Source: an uncultured Hyphomonadaceae bacterium (GTDB lineage: Bacteria > Pseudomonadota > Alphaproteobacteria > Caulobacterales > Hyphomonadaceae). From it: DNA of 64,000 nt. Positions 27,561 through 40,018 of the stretch are shown in pieces; the first letter of the stretch is position 1; every line of letters starts with the position of its first letter. Under the pieces are notes generated by a model. It did not search any database. It was not told where the DNA came from and saw nothing but the letters and a program-made list of their open reading frames with translations. The stretch spans positions 59,121 through 123,120 of the forward strand of contig CAJXOF010000011.1 of the NCBI GenBank assembly GCA_913057945.1, written 5' to 3'. The translations under genes and the position numbers were made by a program.

Positions 27561-28766
27561 TCAAGGCAGGTCTGGAAGGTATCTTTGCTTCAAGGCTGCC
27601 GCCCCCATCAGGATGGCCAGCGTGACGAACTGGACCAGAACGATAATCGGGCGATTGCCCACCAGACCGCTGGATACGATGAAATAGCTGGCCAGGAACA
27701 CGACCACGACATGACCGCTATACACGAACAGGGAATTGCGACCGACCGTGACGAGGGGTGGAAAACTGAGCACGGCGTCCAGACCTGTCCCGAACCAGGA
27801 CAGCGGCCTTGGCAGGTCTTCCTTGTTCAGCAGGAAATAGACGAGATATGAAAGGGCTGTCAGGCTGACCAGGCCCACGATGGTTATCGTGGTGCGTTGC
27901 GGCTCAACCAGCCATTCCGGCGCTCCGAGCAGATCCTGCCCGAGCCCCGCCACCGCAAAAGCCGCCGAGACCGCCAGCGCGGCGTAAAAGGCCGGATAGC
28001 TCAGCGGCAGGATGGAGGACTTGAACCGCTTCCAGCCCTCCGTCTTGTACAGGTAGCCGAGATAGAACCCGCCATAGAAAATGACCGCATAAGACAAGGG
28101 ATTGAATGTGCCGGTCAGTGCAAAATAGGGCCGTGTGTCAAACACGTTCACACGGAACCAGGTCACCAGCGCCTTGTCCCAGCCGAATGCCGCAACCAGC
28201 CAGCAGGCGACCAGAATGGCAAGGTACAGTCCCGTCCGCTTTTTTTCCAACAGCCACAGGCCGACTGGAATGAACAGCATCAGGGCCATGTAGAGAATGA
28301 GGATGTTCAGATACAGCGGCTGCTTTGCAAACGTGAAGACCTGTAATGTCTGCACCAGCAAGGGCGTGTCCTGATCAGGCACGTAGAGAGCATCGAGCTT
28401 CATCGGCCAGGCCGACAGGAACAGGTAGAGCATCGAAAGCGCGACGACGACCTGATAGAGATAAACCCAGCGCAACCGCCTCAGGATCGCCAATTCGCAG
28501 CTGATCATCCCACCCTTGGAGAAGGCTCTGAGATACGAGAGCGCACACACAAAGCCGGACAACAGGACAAAGAATTCTCCATCCCAGACCGCTGAAAAAT
28601 TCCCGTGGTGAAATTTGAGGACAGGCGTCCAATGGGTGAAATTGAAGTGCGCGATGAACATCGCGATGAGGAGATAGCCCCGCGCGCCGTCAATATGGAC
28701 CAAACGCGCCGTCTTTTTGGCCGGAGCGGAGATCGCCGGGCTCGTGGTAAAAGCTGCCTCGCTCAT
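27561..28766 (-). CDS. OpgC-like membrane acyltransferase (glucan/polysaccharide modification)
   Basis: HIDGARG…H, GEFFVLLSGFV, NILILY, FNPLSY, VGRNSLFVY; about 10 TM segments. Confidence 0.78.
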   Translation of the reverse strand: MSEAAFTTSPAISAPAKKTARLVHIDGARGYLLIAMFIAHFNFTHWTPVLKFHHGNFSAVWDGEFFVLLSGFVCALSYLRAFSKGGMISCELAILRRLRWVYLYQVVVALSMLYLFLSAWPMKLDALYVPDQDTPLLVQTLQVFTFAKQPLYLNILILYMALMLFIPVGLWLLEKKRTGLYLAILVACWLVAAFGWDKALVTWFRVNVFDTRPYFALTGTFNPLSYAVIFYGGFYLGYLYKTEGWKRFKSSILPLSYPAFYAALAVSAAFAVAGLGQDLLGAPEWLVEPQRTTITIVGLVSLTALSYLVYFLLNKEDLPRPLSWFGTGLDAVLSFPPLVTVGRNSLFVYSGHVVVVFLASYFIVSSGLVGNRPIIVLVQFVTLAILMGAAALKQRYLPDLP

Positions 28767-28839
28767 ATCATCTCCTGAATTCAGTCACTTCCAGCAAGGG
28801 CTGAAGGCGATTTTGCATTTGCGCCCTGGCAACACGCAC

Positions 28840-28871
28840 AAAAAAACCCGCAACAATGGTTGCGGGTTTTT
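28840..28871 (-). terminator. Intrinsic terminator after clpA (bidirectional shape)
   Basis: AAAAAACCCGCAAC-AATG-GTTGCGGGTTTTT. Confidence 0.8.
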
Positions 28872-28893
28872 CTGCAGACTATGTGCCAAGACC

Positions 28894-31215
<2,322 letters not shown>

Positions 31216-31242
31216 GTGACTGGCCTTCCGGGGTGAGTGTTT

Positions 31243-31641
31243 CTAGTCTTCTTTCTCCATGACACATTGGAGAGGATGTTCATGGCGTTTGGCAAGGTCC
31301 AATACCTGCGCGACCTTTGTTTCGGCCACTTCGTAAGTATAGACGCCGCATAGCCCCACGCCCTTCTGGTGGACATGAAGCATGATGCGCGTGGCCTGTT
31401 CCCGGGAACGATTGAAGAATTGTTCCAGGACGTAAACGACAAACTCCATCGGCGTGTAATCGTCATTCAACAGGAGCACACGATAGAGCGACGGTTTCTT
31501 GGTTCGCACACGCGTTTGCGTGGACAGGCCAAAATTGGTTCCGTCATCATCACCGGTCTGCCCGCCCCCCGGTGGGTTGCCGGATCCCGGCTTGTTCAAC
31601 CGTGCTGGATCCATGCTGGAATGATTCAGGTCGCCGCTCAT
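31243..31641 (-). CDS. clpS: Clp protease adaptor ClpS (start uncertain, 31641 or 31614)
   Basis: [17 protein letters not shown]…MLHVHQKG…AETKV…HPLQC. Confidence 0.95.
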   Translation of the reverse strand: MSGDLNHSSMDPARLNKPGSGNPPGGGQTGDDDGTNFGLSTQTRVRTKKPSLYRVLLLNDDYTPMEFVVYVLEQFFNRSREQATRIMLHVHQKGVGLCGVYTYEVAETKVAQVLDLAKRHEHPLQCVMEKED

Positions 31642-31712
31642 AGTTACCAAGATATACGTTCTTGCCCGACTTTGAAGAGCGGATGCACGGCAAAAGCACA
31701 AACTGCCTGAAT

Positions 31713-32105
31713 TCAGGTCACCTTGAGACTGGCAAGAATCTCTTTCACGCGCTTCGCGTTTGCGCCCAGATCGCTATAGCCGACGCGGGATGCGGAATAG
31801 ATGGCGAGGGTGGATTTACCATCAACCGGCAGGATCGCCACGTCGATGTCATCCTTGAACTTGAACAGTTTCGACACCGCGATGAAGCTGATGCGGCCGG
31901 TCTGGGCGTCGAGGGCCTTCAGCTGCCAGTCCTTGCGCATGGCCACAAGGGCCTCGACCTGACCGAACAGGTTCTCGGGACTGCAGTCAAAAACCGGGCC
32001 TGCCTCATCGGGGCCCGCCTGGTCGGCAAACCCGGCCGGGGCCAGAAGAAAGGTGTTCGGCGATTTGGGCCGGGTGAGGGCCTGGAAATCAAGAAAGTCG
32101 CTCAT
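31713..32105 (-). CDS. DUF1499 family protein
   Basis: SPN…[11 protein letters not shown]…[17 protein letters not shown]. Confidence 0.82.
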   Translation of the reverse strand: MSDFLDFQALTRPKSPNTFLLAPAGFADQAGPDEAGPVFDCSPENLFGQVEALVAMRKDWQLKALDAQTGRISFIAVSKLFKFKDDIDVAILPVDGKSTLAIYSASRVGYSDLGANAKRVKEILASLKVT

Positions 32106-32163
32106 GGGCTGTATGTAGGATCAGACCTGTCCATTTCGCCAGCGCTATCTGTGCCATCCTGGC

Positions 32164-32196
32164 AAAAAAAGAACCGGGCCAAACAGGCCCGGCTCA
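32164..32196 (-). terminator. Intrinsic terminator after the phasin gene
   Basis: A-run, then GAACCGGGCC-AAACA-GGCCCGGCTC. Confidence 0.6.
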
Positions 32197-32254
32197 AAAC
32201 TGTCTACGCCACTCTACGCCCCAGCCCGCTAGCACGACCGGGAAACAGCGAAAC

Positions 32255-32683
32255 TTACTTGCCTGCGAACGCCATGAACGGCTTGGCTGCATTGCGCCAT
32301 GCGGACATGCAGAGCTCTGCCTGTGCGCTGACTTCGGACGTGTAGGCGGAGAGAAGGTTCTTGGCGAAACCGGACTGGATCTCCATCGCCTGGCGCGGGT
32401 CTTTCGCGCTGGTCAGCGATTGGGTCGCTTCAACGCCCTGCTCAAGCGTGCGCGCGAAGAAATCCATGTTGCGGGCACCGATCGTGCGCATCACTTCGGA
32501 AGAAGAAGCGGCCTGCTCTGCGAAGGCTTTCATACCGCCTTCAGCATAGTTACCGAATTTGCCTGCCATACCTGTCATTTGCTCTACGCCTTCATCAATC
32601 ATCTTGGTTGCGGAATCGGCCACATGGGCTTCCGCTTTGGCTTTCGGAGAAGACTTGGGAGCGGTCTTTTTAGCTGTTGCCAT
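32255..32683 (-). CDS. Phasin family protein (PHA granule-associated)
   Basis: Ala/Lys-rich N-terminus, AKDPRQAMEIQSGFAK motif, PhaR-type box upstream. Confidence 0.85.
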   Translation of the reverse strand: MATAKKTAPKSSPKAKAEAHVADSATKMIDEGVEQMTGMAGKFGNYAEGGMKAFAEQAASSSEVMRTIGARNMDFFARTLEQGVEATQSLTSAKDPRQAMEIQSGFAKNLLSAYTSEVSAQAELCMSAWRNAAKPFMAFAGK

Positions 32684-32747
32684 GGGGAGGATCCTTTCAC
32701 GCTGGATGCCCTAACGTAGCGTAAAATATGAGCATTTGCAACAATTA

Positions 32748-32759
32748 TTGTGCGGCGCA
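32748..32759 (-). promoter_or_regulatory. PhaR-type box upstream of the phasin gene
   Basis: Minus strand TGCGCCGCACAA matches TGCRNYGCASMA, about 65 bp upstream of the start. Confidence 0.65.
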
Positions 32760-32830
32760 GCATTTTTAAATTCGCATGAAAATTGCAAAGCTTGAAACCT
32801 GATTACAGATTTGTGAGGCTGGGGCCTGCG

Positions 32831-32846
32831 TTAAGATGTGGTCAAC
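32831..32846 (+). promoter_or_regulatory. CtrA-like box upstream of the carboxypeptidase gene
   Basis: TTAA-gatgtgg-TCAAC (one mismatch to TTAA-N7-TTAAC), plus a GTTAAC half-site near 32885. Confidence 0.45.
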
Positions 32847-32910
32847 CGATTTGACGGACTCTAGTTTAGACCTCGGGGCTCGGGGTTAACTCATTTTTGG
32901 AGAGAACAAG

Positions 32911-34017
32911 ATGCGGCTCACGCTACCACCTGTCCTGAAAGCACTCACTATAGCGGTGGCGCTGATGGCGGCAGGCCTGTTTGCCCAATCTGCTCACGCC
33001 GAGAAATACGCCTCCATCGTGATCGATGCGGACACGCATGAAGTGCTTCATGCCCGCAACGCCGATGAGGCGCGCTATCCGGCCTCTCTCACCAAGGTGA
33101 TGACCCTCTATATGCTGTTCGACGCGCTGAAGGCGGGCGAGGTCTCGCTGGACGAGCGCCTTGTGGTCTCCCGCCACGCCGCCAGCCAGCCTCCTTCGAA
33201 CCTCAAGCTCCGCACCGGCTCCACCATGACCGTACGCGACGCCATCGGCGCGCTGGTCACCAAGTCTGCAAATGATGTTGCCGTCGTCGTGGCTGAGCGC
33301 CTCGGGCGCACCGAAAGCCGCTTCGCCCAGCTGATGACCGTGAAAGCCAAATCACTCGGCATGGAGAATACGCGCTTCATGAATGCGTCCGGGCTGCCCA
33401 ACAGCCAGCAGCTGACCACGGCGCGCGACCTGGCCATCCTGGCCGACGCCATGCTGACCGATCATGCCGACTATTATCACTACTTCTCCTCCAAAAGCTT
33501 CCAGTGGGCCGGCCGCACCTACAAGAACCATAATGAATTGCTCGGCGAAGTTGCGGGCGTGGATGGCATCAAGACCGGCTATACGCGCGCTTCGGGCTTC
33601 AATTTGATGACGTCTGCCAAGCGCGACGGAGATCGCATCATTGCGATCATGCTGGGGGGCAATACGTCCCGTTCCCGCAACGCCCATGTCGAAGACCTGG
33701 TCGAAGCGGCGTTCACGACCCTGAACGATCCAGCACACGATACCCAGCTCGCCTTCGCGGGTGTGCTTCAGCCCGTCCATCCGAATGATGCCGCCGAGCC
33801 GATGCTGAATGGCAAGCGGATCAGCGTGATCATCGCCGAAGGCGGCAGTGACGACGATGAGCCCGAAGCGGTTGATGCCGAGCCGGCCCCCGCTCCGGAA
33901 CCGGAACGGGCCGAACATGCGAAGATGGAAACGCCTGTAGAGCCCTTCGTACAGCCTGAAACCCACATCATGAGCGTTTCGGAATATGAAGCCCGCCAAA
34001 TGGGCCTGGCCAAGTAA
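32911..34017 (+). CDS. D-alanyl-D-alanine carboxypeptidase (peptidase S11)
   Basis: PASLTK (SxxK), SAN (SxN), KTG triad. Confidence 0.93.
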   Translation: MRLTLPPVLKALTIAVALMAAGLFAQSAHAEKYASIVIDADTHEVLHARNADEARYPASLTKVMTLYMLFDALKAGEVSLDERLVVSRHAASQPPSNLKLRTGSTMTVRDAIGALVTKSANDVAVVVAERLGRTESRFAQLMTVKAKSLGMENTRFMNASGLPNSQQLTTARDLAILADAMLTDHADYYHYFSSKSFQWAGRTYKNHNELLGEVAGVDGIKTGYTRASGFNLMTSAKRDGDRIIAIMLGGNTSRSRNAHVEDLVEAAFTTLNDPAHDTQLAFAGVLQPVHPNDAAEPMLNGKRISVIIAEGGSDDDEPEAVDAEPAPAPEPERAEHAKMETPVEPFVQPETHIMSVSEYEARQMGLAK

Positions 34018-34125
34018 GCCCTTGCTGCCCATTGGCGATACCCACATGCGGATATCCCGACTTTATGGCTTGTCAGCCCGAGACTCCTGACCCAGAACGC
34101 GGGGTGCATATCAGGAGCTTGGAAA

Positions 34126-35088
34126 TTGAATTTTGAACGCGACCTCGACCTAGCCCGGAACGTCATCCGGATTGAGCGGAATGCGCTGGAGCAACTCGAA
34201 GCCGGCCTCGATGAGTCGATTGACCGCGCGGCGGACCTGATCATGGGCACTGACCGTCACGTCATCGTCGCAGGCGTCGGGAAGTCAGGACATATTGGCC
34301 AGAAGATCGCTGCCAGTCTCGCCTCGACGGGGACACCTTCCTTTTTCCTTCATCCGACCGAAGCCAGTCATGGCGATCTTGGCATGGTCGTTCCCGGCTC
34401 GGTGGTGATCGCGATCTCCTATTCCGGAGAAAGCCGCGAACTCGTCGATTTGCTGAGATATTGCCGTGGAAACAAGGTGCCCGTGATCGGCATGACCCGT
34501 GCCCCGGACTCCACGCTCGGACGCCATTCAAGCGTCCTGCTGGCCCTGCCGATCGTGGATGAGGCGTGCCCGAATGGCTTGGCGCCGACCTCATCGACCA
34601 CCATGTCGCTCGCCCTCGGCGACGCGCTCACAATTGTCCTGATGGCCCGGCGTGGCTTCTCTCGGGAAGAGTTTGGCTTCCGGCATCCCGGCGGCAAGCT
34701 CGGCCGGTCGCTCCAGACCGCCGCAGATTACCTGGCTGGCCATCGCGACCCTGTTCCCAGCGTCCCGGCCGAGGGTGACCTCCACGAAGTCATCATGGCG
34801 ATTTCGGAAGGGCGCAAAGGCTGCGTCGCGGTACTCGATAAAGACGGGTGCCTGATAGGGATGGTGACCGATGGAGACCTTCGCCGCGCCATGCTGGCGG
34901 GAAAGCTCGCGGGCAATGCCGAATCCATCATGACGCCTTCTCCGCGGACCATCTCTCCGGATGAACGGATGTCAGCGGTCATCAAGCGGCTGACCGAGCA
35001 TCGCATCTCCAACGCCTTTGTGGTCGAAGATGGACGCCCGGTCGGGATTGTGGACCTGAAGGACCTTCTTGCTGAAGGCTATGTCTGA
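34126..35088 (+). CDS. kdsD: Arabinose-5-phosphate isomerase (KdsD/KpsF/GutQ; SIS plus CBS domains)
   Basis: GVGKSGHIGQK, HPTEASHGDLG, APTSST, HPGGKLG, TDGDLRR. Confidence 0.92.
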   Translation: MNFERDLDLARNVIRIERNALEQLEAGLDESIDRAADLIMGTDRHVIVAGVGKSGHIGQKIAASLASTGTPSFFLHPTEASHGDLGMVVPGSVVIAISYSGESRELVDLLRYCRGNKVPVIGMTRAPDSTLGRHSSVLLALPIVDEACPNGLAPTSSTTMSLALGDALTIVLMARRGFSREEFGFRHPGGKLGRSLQTAADYLAGHRDPVPSVPAEGDLHEVIMAISEGRKGCVAVLDKDGCLIGMVTDGDLRRAMLAGKLAGNAESIMTPSPRTISPDERMSAVIKRLTEHRISNAFVVEDGRPVGIVDLKDLLAEGYV

Positions 35089-35093
35089 TCAGA

Positions 35094-35891
35094 TTACTTG
35101 GTCAGCTCGAACTGGATGTTGACCATCGCCGAATAACTGATCTCGCCCCCGGAAATCGGGGTCGACGCCATATCGGCGGATTCGCTCATCGCCATCATCC
35201 GCCCCATCGGGGCCGGGGATGGCTCGAAGCCGCCGCTTTCAGAAATATTGATGATACGCGAGACCCGCATGCCTACGGCGTCGGCATAGAGTTCTGCGCG
35301 CGCCGTGGCATCGGTCACCGCCTTGCGCCGGGCTTCATCGCGCGCCTCGCTCGCATCTTCCAGCGCGAAGTTCAGACCGGAAAACGTGTTGCCACCGGCG
35401 GCGACCAGACTGTCCAGCGTTTCTCCGAGCGTATCGAGATTGGTCACTTTCACGGTCAATTGGTTGGAGGCCGAATAGCCGCGCAGAACCTGTTTGCCAC
35501 TGCGGCGGCCGCTGCGGTCCGTTTCCTCGACATAATCATAGACCGGGTTGAGGGAGAGATTGGAGGTCTGCATGTCCTTGTCGGCAATGCCGGCCGCCTT
35601 CAGCGCATTCATCATGCTGGTCATTGCCTTCGCCTGCGCCGCCATGGCCGCAACAGCCGTTTCGGCTTCCTCATTCACACCGGCGGTGATGTAGGCAATG
35701 TCTGGCGACCGCTTGACCTTGGCATTGGCCGAAATGTCGAGCGTGGTTTCAGGCTGGATCGAATTGGGGTGATAGGTCATCTGGCTTGTCCCGCTTGGAA
35801 CCGACTGGGACGGCATCTGCGCACAGGCAGACAGGGTTCCTGCCAGGGCAATGGCACTGGATGCGATGAACAGATTCCGGAAAATGCGCAT
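35094..35891 (-). CDS. SIMPL/DUF541 family lipoprotein
   Basis: Lipobox LSAC, PDIAYITAGV, GYSASNQL, ARRKAV…A…RAELYA. Start moved to ATG 35891. Confidence 0.85.
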   Translation of the reverse strand: MRIFRNLFIASSAIALAGTLSACAQMPSQSVPSGTSQMTYHPNSIQPETTLDISANAKVKRSPDIAYITAGVNEEAETAVAAMAAQAKAMTSMMNALKAAGIADKDMQTSNLSLNPVYDYVEETDRSGRRSGKQVLRGYSASNQLTVKVTNLDTLGETLDSLVAAGGNTFSGLNFALEDASEARDEARRKAVTDATARAELYADAVGMRVSRIINISESGGFEPSPAPMGRMMAMSESADMASTPISGGEISYSAMVNIQFELTK

Positions 35892-35952
35892 GAGGTCTCC
35901 TCGGTTTATTGATCGAGACCGATGGCTACCAGCGCATTGTGTCAAACCTGCG

Positions 35953-37002
35953 TCAGGCGGCTCCCACTTCGCGTTGCGGATACCCTTCCGGATTTCCACT
36001 CTGCCAGGCCCATTGGTCTCGGCACATGTCTTCCAGCGTCAAACGGGTCTTCCAGCCAAGAAGTTCCATCGCATGGGTCGGGTCGGCCCAATAGGCTGGC
36101 AGGTCGCCGGGGCGGCGGGCGGCGAATTCGAGCGGGATATCCCGGCCGCTGGCCTTCTCGAATGCCTTCACGACATCCAGGACCGAATAGCCATTTCCGG
36201 ACCCGAGATTGACTGTAAAGCTGTCCGGGCTGTCGAGCAGCTTCTCAAGCGCGACGATATGGGCTTCGGCCAGATCCACGACATGGATATAGTCGCGCAC
36301 GCCGGTGCCATCGGGCGTGTCATAATCATTGCCAAACACGTTGAGATGCGGGCGGCGGCCAACGGCCACCTGCGCTACGAACGGCATCAGATTGTTCGGC
36401 ACACCATTCGGGTCCTCGCCGATCAGGCCGGTCGGGTGCGCGCCGATCGGATTGAAGTAGCGCAGGATACCGGCATTGATCCCGGCGCCCGAGGCGACAA
36501 GGTCGTTCAGCATCAGCTCGACCGCATATTTGGTCATGCCATAGGGATTGGTCGGGGCCAGCGGATGGCTTTCGGTATAGGGCAGGAAGTGCGGCGTTCC
36601 GTAGACCGTGGCCGAAGACGAGAATACGATATGGCCGACCCCGGCCTGCTTCATCGCCTCCAGCAGGCTGAGCGAGCCATGCACATTATTGCTGTAATAA
36701 TCGAGCGGCTGGGCCGTGGATTCGCCCACAGCCTTCAGACCGGCAAAGTGGATCACCGCGGAACAGTCATATTCGCGCAGTATCCGGGTCATGCTGCCCG
36801 TGTCGCGAATATCGGCCTCGATGACCGGTACGTCGTTCGCCCCACTGATCTGGCAAATCCGGTCGACGGCTGCCAGGCTCGAATTGACGAAATTGTCGAC
36901 AATAACAGGGGTATATCCCCGTCTCAGCAGCTCGACACAGGTGTGCGATCCGATGTAACCGGCGCCACCCGTTACCAGAATCCGCTTTGAACGGCCCTGC
37001 AT
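35953..37002 (-). CDS. galE: UDP-glucose 4-epimerase (start 37002 or 37023)
   Basis: GGAGYIGSH, HFAGLKAVGES, SSSATVYG, YGMTK, LRYFNPIGAH, DGTGVRDYIHV. Confidence 0.95.
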   Translation of the reverse strand: MQGRSKRILVTGGAGYIGSHTCVELLRRGYTPVIVDNFVNSSLAAVDRICQISGANDVPVIEADIRDTGSMTRILREYDCSAVIHFAGLKAVGESTAQPLDYYSNNVHGSLSLLEAMKQAGVGHIVFSSSATVYGTPHFLPYTESHPLAPTNPYGMTKYAVELMLNDLVASGAGINAGILRYFNPIGAHPTGLIGEDPNGVPNNLMPFVAQVAVGRRPHLNVFGNDYDTPDGTGVRDYIHVVDLAEAHIVALEKLLDSPDSFTVNLGSGNGYSVLDVVKAFEKASGRDIPLEFAARRPGDLPAYWADPTHAMELLGWKTRLTLEDMCRDQWAWQSGNPEGYPQREVGAA

Positions 37003-37156
37003 GAAGTTTGAAACTCCTGTCATCGTCCCCAACCTTTCGTCTAAGTGTTGGCGACACACCATGCAACTCGTCTGCCAGAAATCACGACGGAAACTCGCTT
37101 CATTGGCACAGACAGCTCATTGCCAAGGCAAAGAAGCACGCTAAAACAGGCGGTTG

Positions 37157-37233
37157 GGGCCTGTAGCTCAGTTGGTTAGAGCGGACCGCTCATAACGGTT
37201 TGGTCGCGGGTTCAAATCCTGCCGGGCCCACCA
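37157..37233 (+). tRNA. tRNA-Ile2 (CAU, lysidine type)
   Basis: GGGCCTG/CGGGCCC acceptor stem, anticodon arm GACCG-CTCATAA-CGGTT, GGTTCAAAT T-loop, encoded CCA. Sequence pattern fits Ile2 rather than fMet. Confidence 0.85.
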
Positions 37234-37328
37234 TTTTCTGCTGGTGCGCCCTGGGCGCGCAAATCGCTCCAATGGAGCGATTTGAAGCGGTAAATGACCG
37301 AAGCGACAGCAAAGACCTTCCACGCGAC

Positions 37329-38285
37329 CTAACCCAGCATTGCCCGGACTTCTTCCTCGAAATACGCAATCGTCGGCCTGAGGCCTTCTTCCAGCGCAAT
37401 CGTCGGGGCCCAGTCCAGCGTTTCGCGAGCGCGGGTAATATCCGGCTGGCGCTGGCGGGGATCGTCCTGCGGCAGAGGTTTGTGGATCAATTTGGATCGC
37501 GCGCCGGTCATCTCGATGATCTTCTCGGCCAGCTGGCGGATGGTGAACTCGCCCGGGTTGCCGAGATTGATCGGCCCCGTCACATCGTCACCCGTGTTCA
37601 TCAGCCGGACAAGACCATCGACCAGATCAGACACATAGCAGAAACTGCGGGTCTGCTCGCCATCGCCATAGAGCGTGATGTCTTCACCTTTCAGCGCCTG
37701 AACGATGAAATTGGACACCACCCGCCCATCATTCGGATGCATGCGCGGTCCATACGTGTTGAAAATCCGCGCGACCTTGATCTGGACTTTGTGCTGGCGG
37801 TAATAGTCGAAGAACAAGGTCTCCGCGCAGCGCTTGCCTTCATCATAACAGGCGCGCGGGCCGAGCGGGTTCACATTGCCCCAATAATCCTCGGTCTGGG
37901 GATGGATTTCCGGATCGCCATAAACTTCAGACGTCGAGGCCTGAAGGATCTTCGCGCGGGTCCGCTTGGCCAGGCCCAGCATGTTGATGGCGCCATGCAC
38001 GCTGGTCTTGGTCGTCTGAACCGGATCGAACTGGTAGTGTACCGGGCTCGCCGGGCAGGCCATGTTGTAGATCTGGTCGACTTCGACAAAGAGCGGCACG
38101 GTCACGTCATGGCGCATCACTTCGAAACGCGGATTGTCGAGCAGGTGCGCGACATTGGTTCGGCGGCCCGTGAAGAAATTATCGACACAGAGCACTTCTG
38201 CGCCCGTATCGAGCAGGCGCTCGCACAGGAAAGAGCCGATGAATCCGGCGCCGCCGGTGACGAGAATTCGGGGGACATAATGCAT
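37329..38285 (-). CDS. UDP-glucuronate decarboxylase (UDP-xylose synthase family)
   Basis: [56 protein letters not shown]. Confidence 0.92.
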   Translation of the reverse strand: MHYVPRILVTGGAGFIGSFLCERLLDTGAEVLCVDNFFTGRRTNVAHLLDNPRFEVMRHDVTVPLFVEVDQIYNMACPASPVHYQFDPVQTTKTSVHGAINMLGLAKRTRAKILQASTSEVYGDPEIHPQTEDYWGNVNPLGPRACYDEGKRCAETLFFDYYRQHKVQIKVARIFNTYGPRMHPNDGRVVSNFIVQALKGEDITLYGDGEQTRSFCYVSDLVDGLVRLMNTGDDVTGPINLGNPGEFTIRQLAEKIIEMTGARSKLIHKPLPQDDPRQRQPDITRARETLDWAPTIALEEGLRPTIAYFEEEVRAMLG

Positions 38286-38374
38286 TCCCCAGCGATCCCT
38301 GCTTTTCCCTATGGGGTCAAGACTCTTAGACATTTCCGGGCCTTGTGACAGACTGCTCATGGGAGGCCTGACAG

Positions 38375-39046
38375 ATGAATCCTTTTGATCGCATCATCGA
38401 TTTCGCCGCGCAGCATCATGGAGGTCGCGCCGCTGTTCTGGAGATGTCGCAGAATGCCCATCAGGCAAAATCCCTGAAGAAGGTGCCCGATGATCGTTAC
38501 CTCGCCACGATGACGCGCTGCGTGTTCAATGCCGGGTTCAACTGGAAAGTCATCGACGCGAAATGGGACGGGTTTGAAGCGGCCTTCGAGGGCTTCGATC
38601 CGAACAGGCTCGCCTTCCTTGGCGACGAGATGCTGGGCCAGCTCGTCTCGGATACGCGCATCGTGCGCAATGGCCAGAAGATCAAGGCGACGCTTGAGAA
38701 TGCGAAATTCGTGGCAGACACCGCCAAGGAACATGGCAGCTTCGGCGCGTTCCTGAGACAGTGGCCAGCTGACGACCAGGCCGGCCTTCTCGCTCACCTG
38801 AACACAAACGGCTCCCGCCTTGGCGGGGCGACAGGGCAGTATTTCCTGCGCTTCTCAGGCTGGGATGCCTGGATCACGTCCCGCGATGTTTGCTGCGCCC
38901 TGGTCCGGGAAGAGGTGCTGGACAAGCCAGAGGCCAAATCCAAATCCGCACTGAAGAAAGTGCAGGCGGCCTTCAATCACTGGCGGGCCGAGAGCGGCCT
39001 GCCCTATGCCCAGACCAGCCGTATCCTCGCCCTTAGCGTTGGCTAG
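38375..39046 (+). CDS. DNA-3-methyladenine glycosylase I family protein
   Basis: DDRYL…VFNAGFNW…KW…FE.AF..FDP…IVRNGQKI. Confidence 0.8.
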   Translation: MNPFDRIIDFAAQHHGGRAAVLEMSQNAHQAKSLKKVPDDRYLATMTRCVFNAGFNWKVIDAKWDGFEAAFEGFDPNRLAFLGDEMLGQLVSDTRIVRNGQKIKATLENAKFVADTAKEHGSFGAFLRQWPADDQAGLLAHLNTNGSRLGGATGQYFLRFSGWDAWITSRDVCCALVREEVLDKPEAKSKSALKKVQAAFNHWRAESGLPYAQTSRILALSVG

Positions 39047-39912
39047 ACTTGGGCCTTCTTGCGGAAATAGTCGAGCGATCCACGCTGGATCAGCCCGTCC
39101 TCCGACACGGTTTCGTGTGCCTCGATGTCCGGCTTGCTTTTCACCTCATCATAGACGCCGCCGAAATCCTGGTAGCAGGCATCCAGCAATGCATCGAAGC
39201 TGTCGATCACGAAATAGGTCTGCTGGAAATCGTCGATGATATATTTGGTGCGCATGATGCGCTGCAGGTCGAAGGCGACCCGGTTTGGGCTGTCATCTTC
39301 CAGCGCGAATACGGTCTCGTTGGGGCTGGAGAGAATGCCGGCGCCATAGATGCGCAGGCCGCCTGCTTCGCGGATCAAGCCAAACTCGACCGTGTACCAA
39401 TAGAGCCGAGCCAGATTATGCAACTGGTTGAGCTGCATGGCCCGCTGGCCGCCCTTGCCATAGGCCTCCATGAAGTCGGCGAAAACCGGATTGGCCAGCA
39501 TCGGCACATGGCCAAAGATATCGTGGAAGATGTCGGGTTCCTGAAGGTAGTCGAACTCCTCTTCCGGCCGAATAAAGGCCCCTGCCGGAAAGCGGCGGTT
39601 AGCCAGATGATCAAAAAAGACCTCGTCCGGCACGAGTTCAGCGACCGGAACCACCCGCCACCCGGTCAGCTTCTCCAGCTTGTCGGAAAGTTCGCCCATA
39701 TGCGGAATGCCAGAGGCCGACAGCTCCAGATCTGCCATCGCCGTCAGCGCCGTCTCGCAGGCGCGACCCTTGGCAATCTCGCGCTGGCGGCGAAACAGGC
39801 GATCCCATCGGTCATGCTCTACCGCAGAATAGGAATCCCACGCCTGGTCGATGGTGAAATCAGCCGCTCGTGGCGCGTCATGATACCTGTTGTTTCGATT
39901 TTCGCTACTCAT
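39043..39912 (-). CDS. phhA: Phenylalanine 4-monooxygenase
   Basis: YLQEPDIFHDIFGHVP iron-binding motif, YWYTVEFGL, YGAGILSS. Confidence 0.95.
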   Translation of the reverse strand: MSSENRNNRYHDAPRAADFTIDQAWDSYSAVEHDRWDRLFRRQREIAKGRACETALTAMADLELSASGIPHMGELSDKLEKLTGWRVVPVAELVPDEVFFDHLANRRFPAGAFIRPEEEFDYLQEPDIFHDIFGHVPMLANPVFADFMEAYGKGGQRAMQLNQLHNLARLYWYTVEFGLIREAGGLRIYGAGILSSPNETVFALEDDSPNRVAFDLQRIMRTKYIIDDFQQTYFVIDSFDALLDACYQDFGGVYDEVKSKPDIEAHETVSEDGLIQRGSLDYFRKKAQV

Positions 39913-40018
39913 TCAGGAAGTCTACCACAACACCAAAATTGGTTCCATATGAAACTAATGGGCTGGGTCTTCGCCTAATTCGTTGATGGAACAGAGCTGC
40001 AGCTGCGAATATTGGCCG

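Noticed and set aside
35953-35999. Apparent overlap of the SIMPL ORF with the galE 3' end
   Set aside because: An artefact of the longest-ORF start; the real SIMPL start with a lipoprotein signal is ATG 35891.
37157-37233. tRNA-Met or tRNA-fMet because of the CAT anticodon
   Set aside because: A paired G1-C72 excludes initiator tRNA, and the GGGCCTGTAGCTCA…GGGCCCA-CCA pattern fits Ile2; a residual chance of elongator Met remains.
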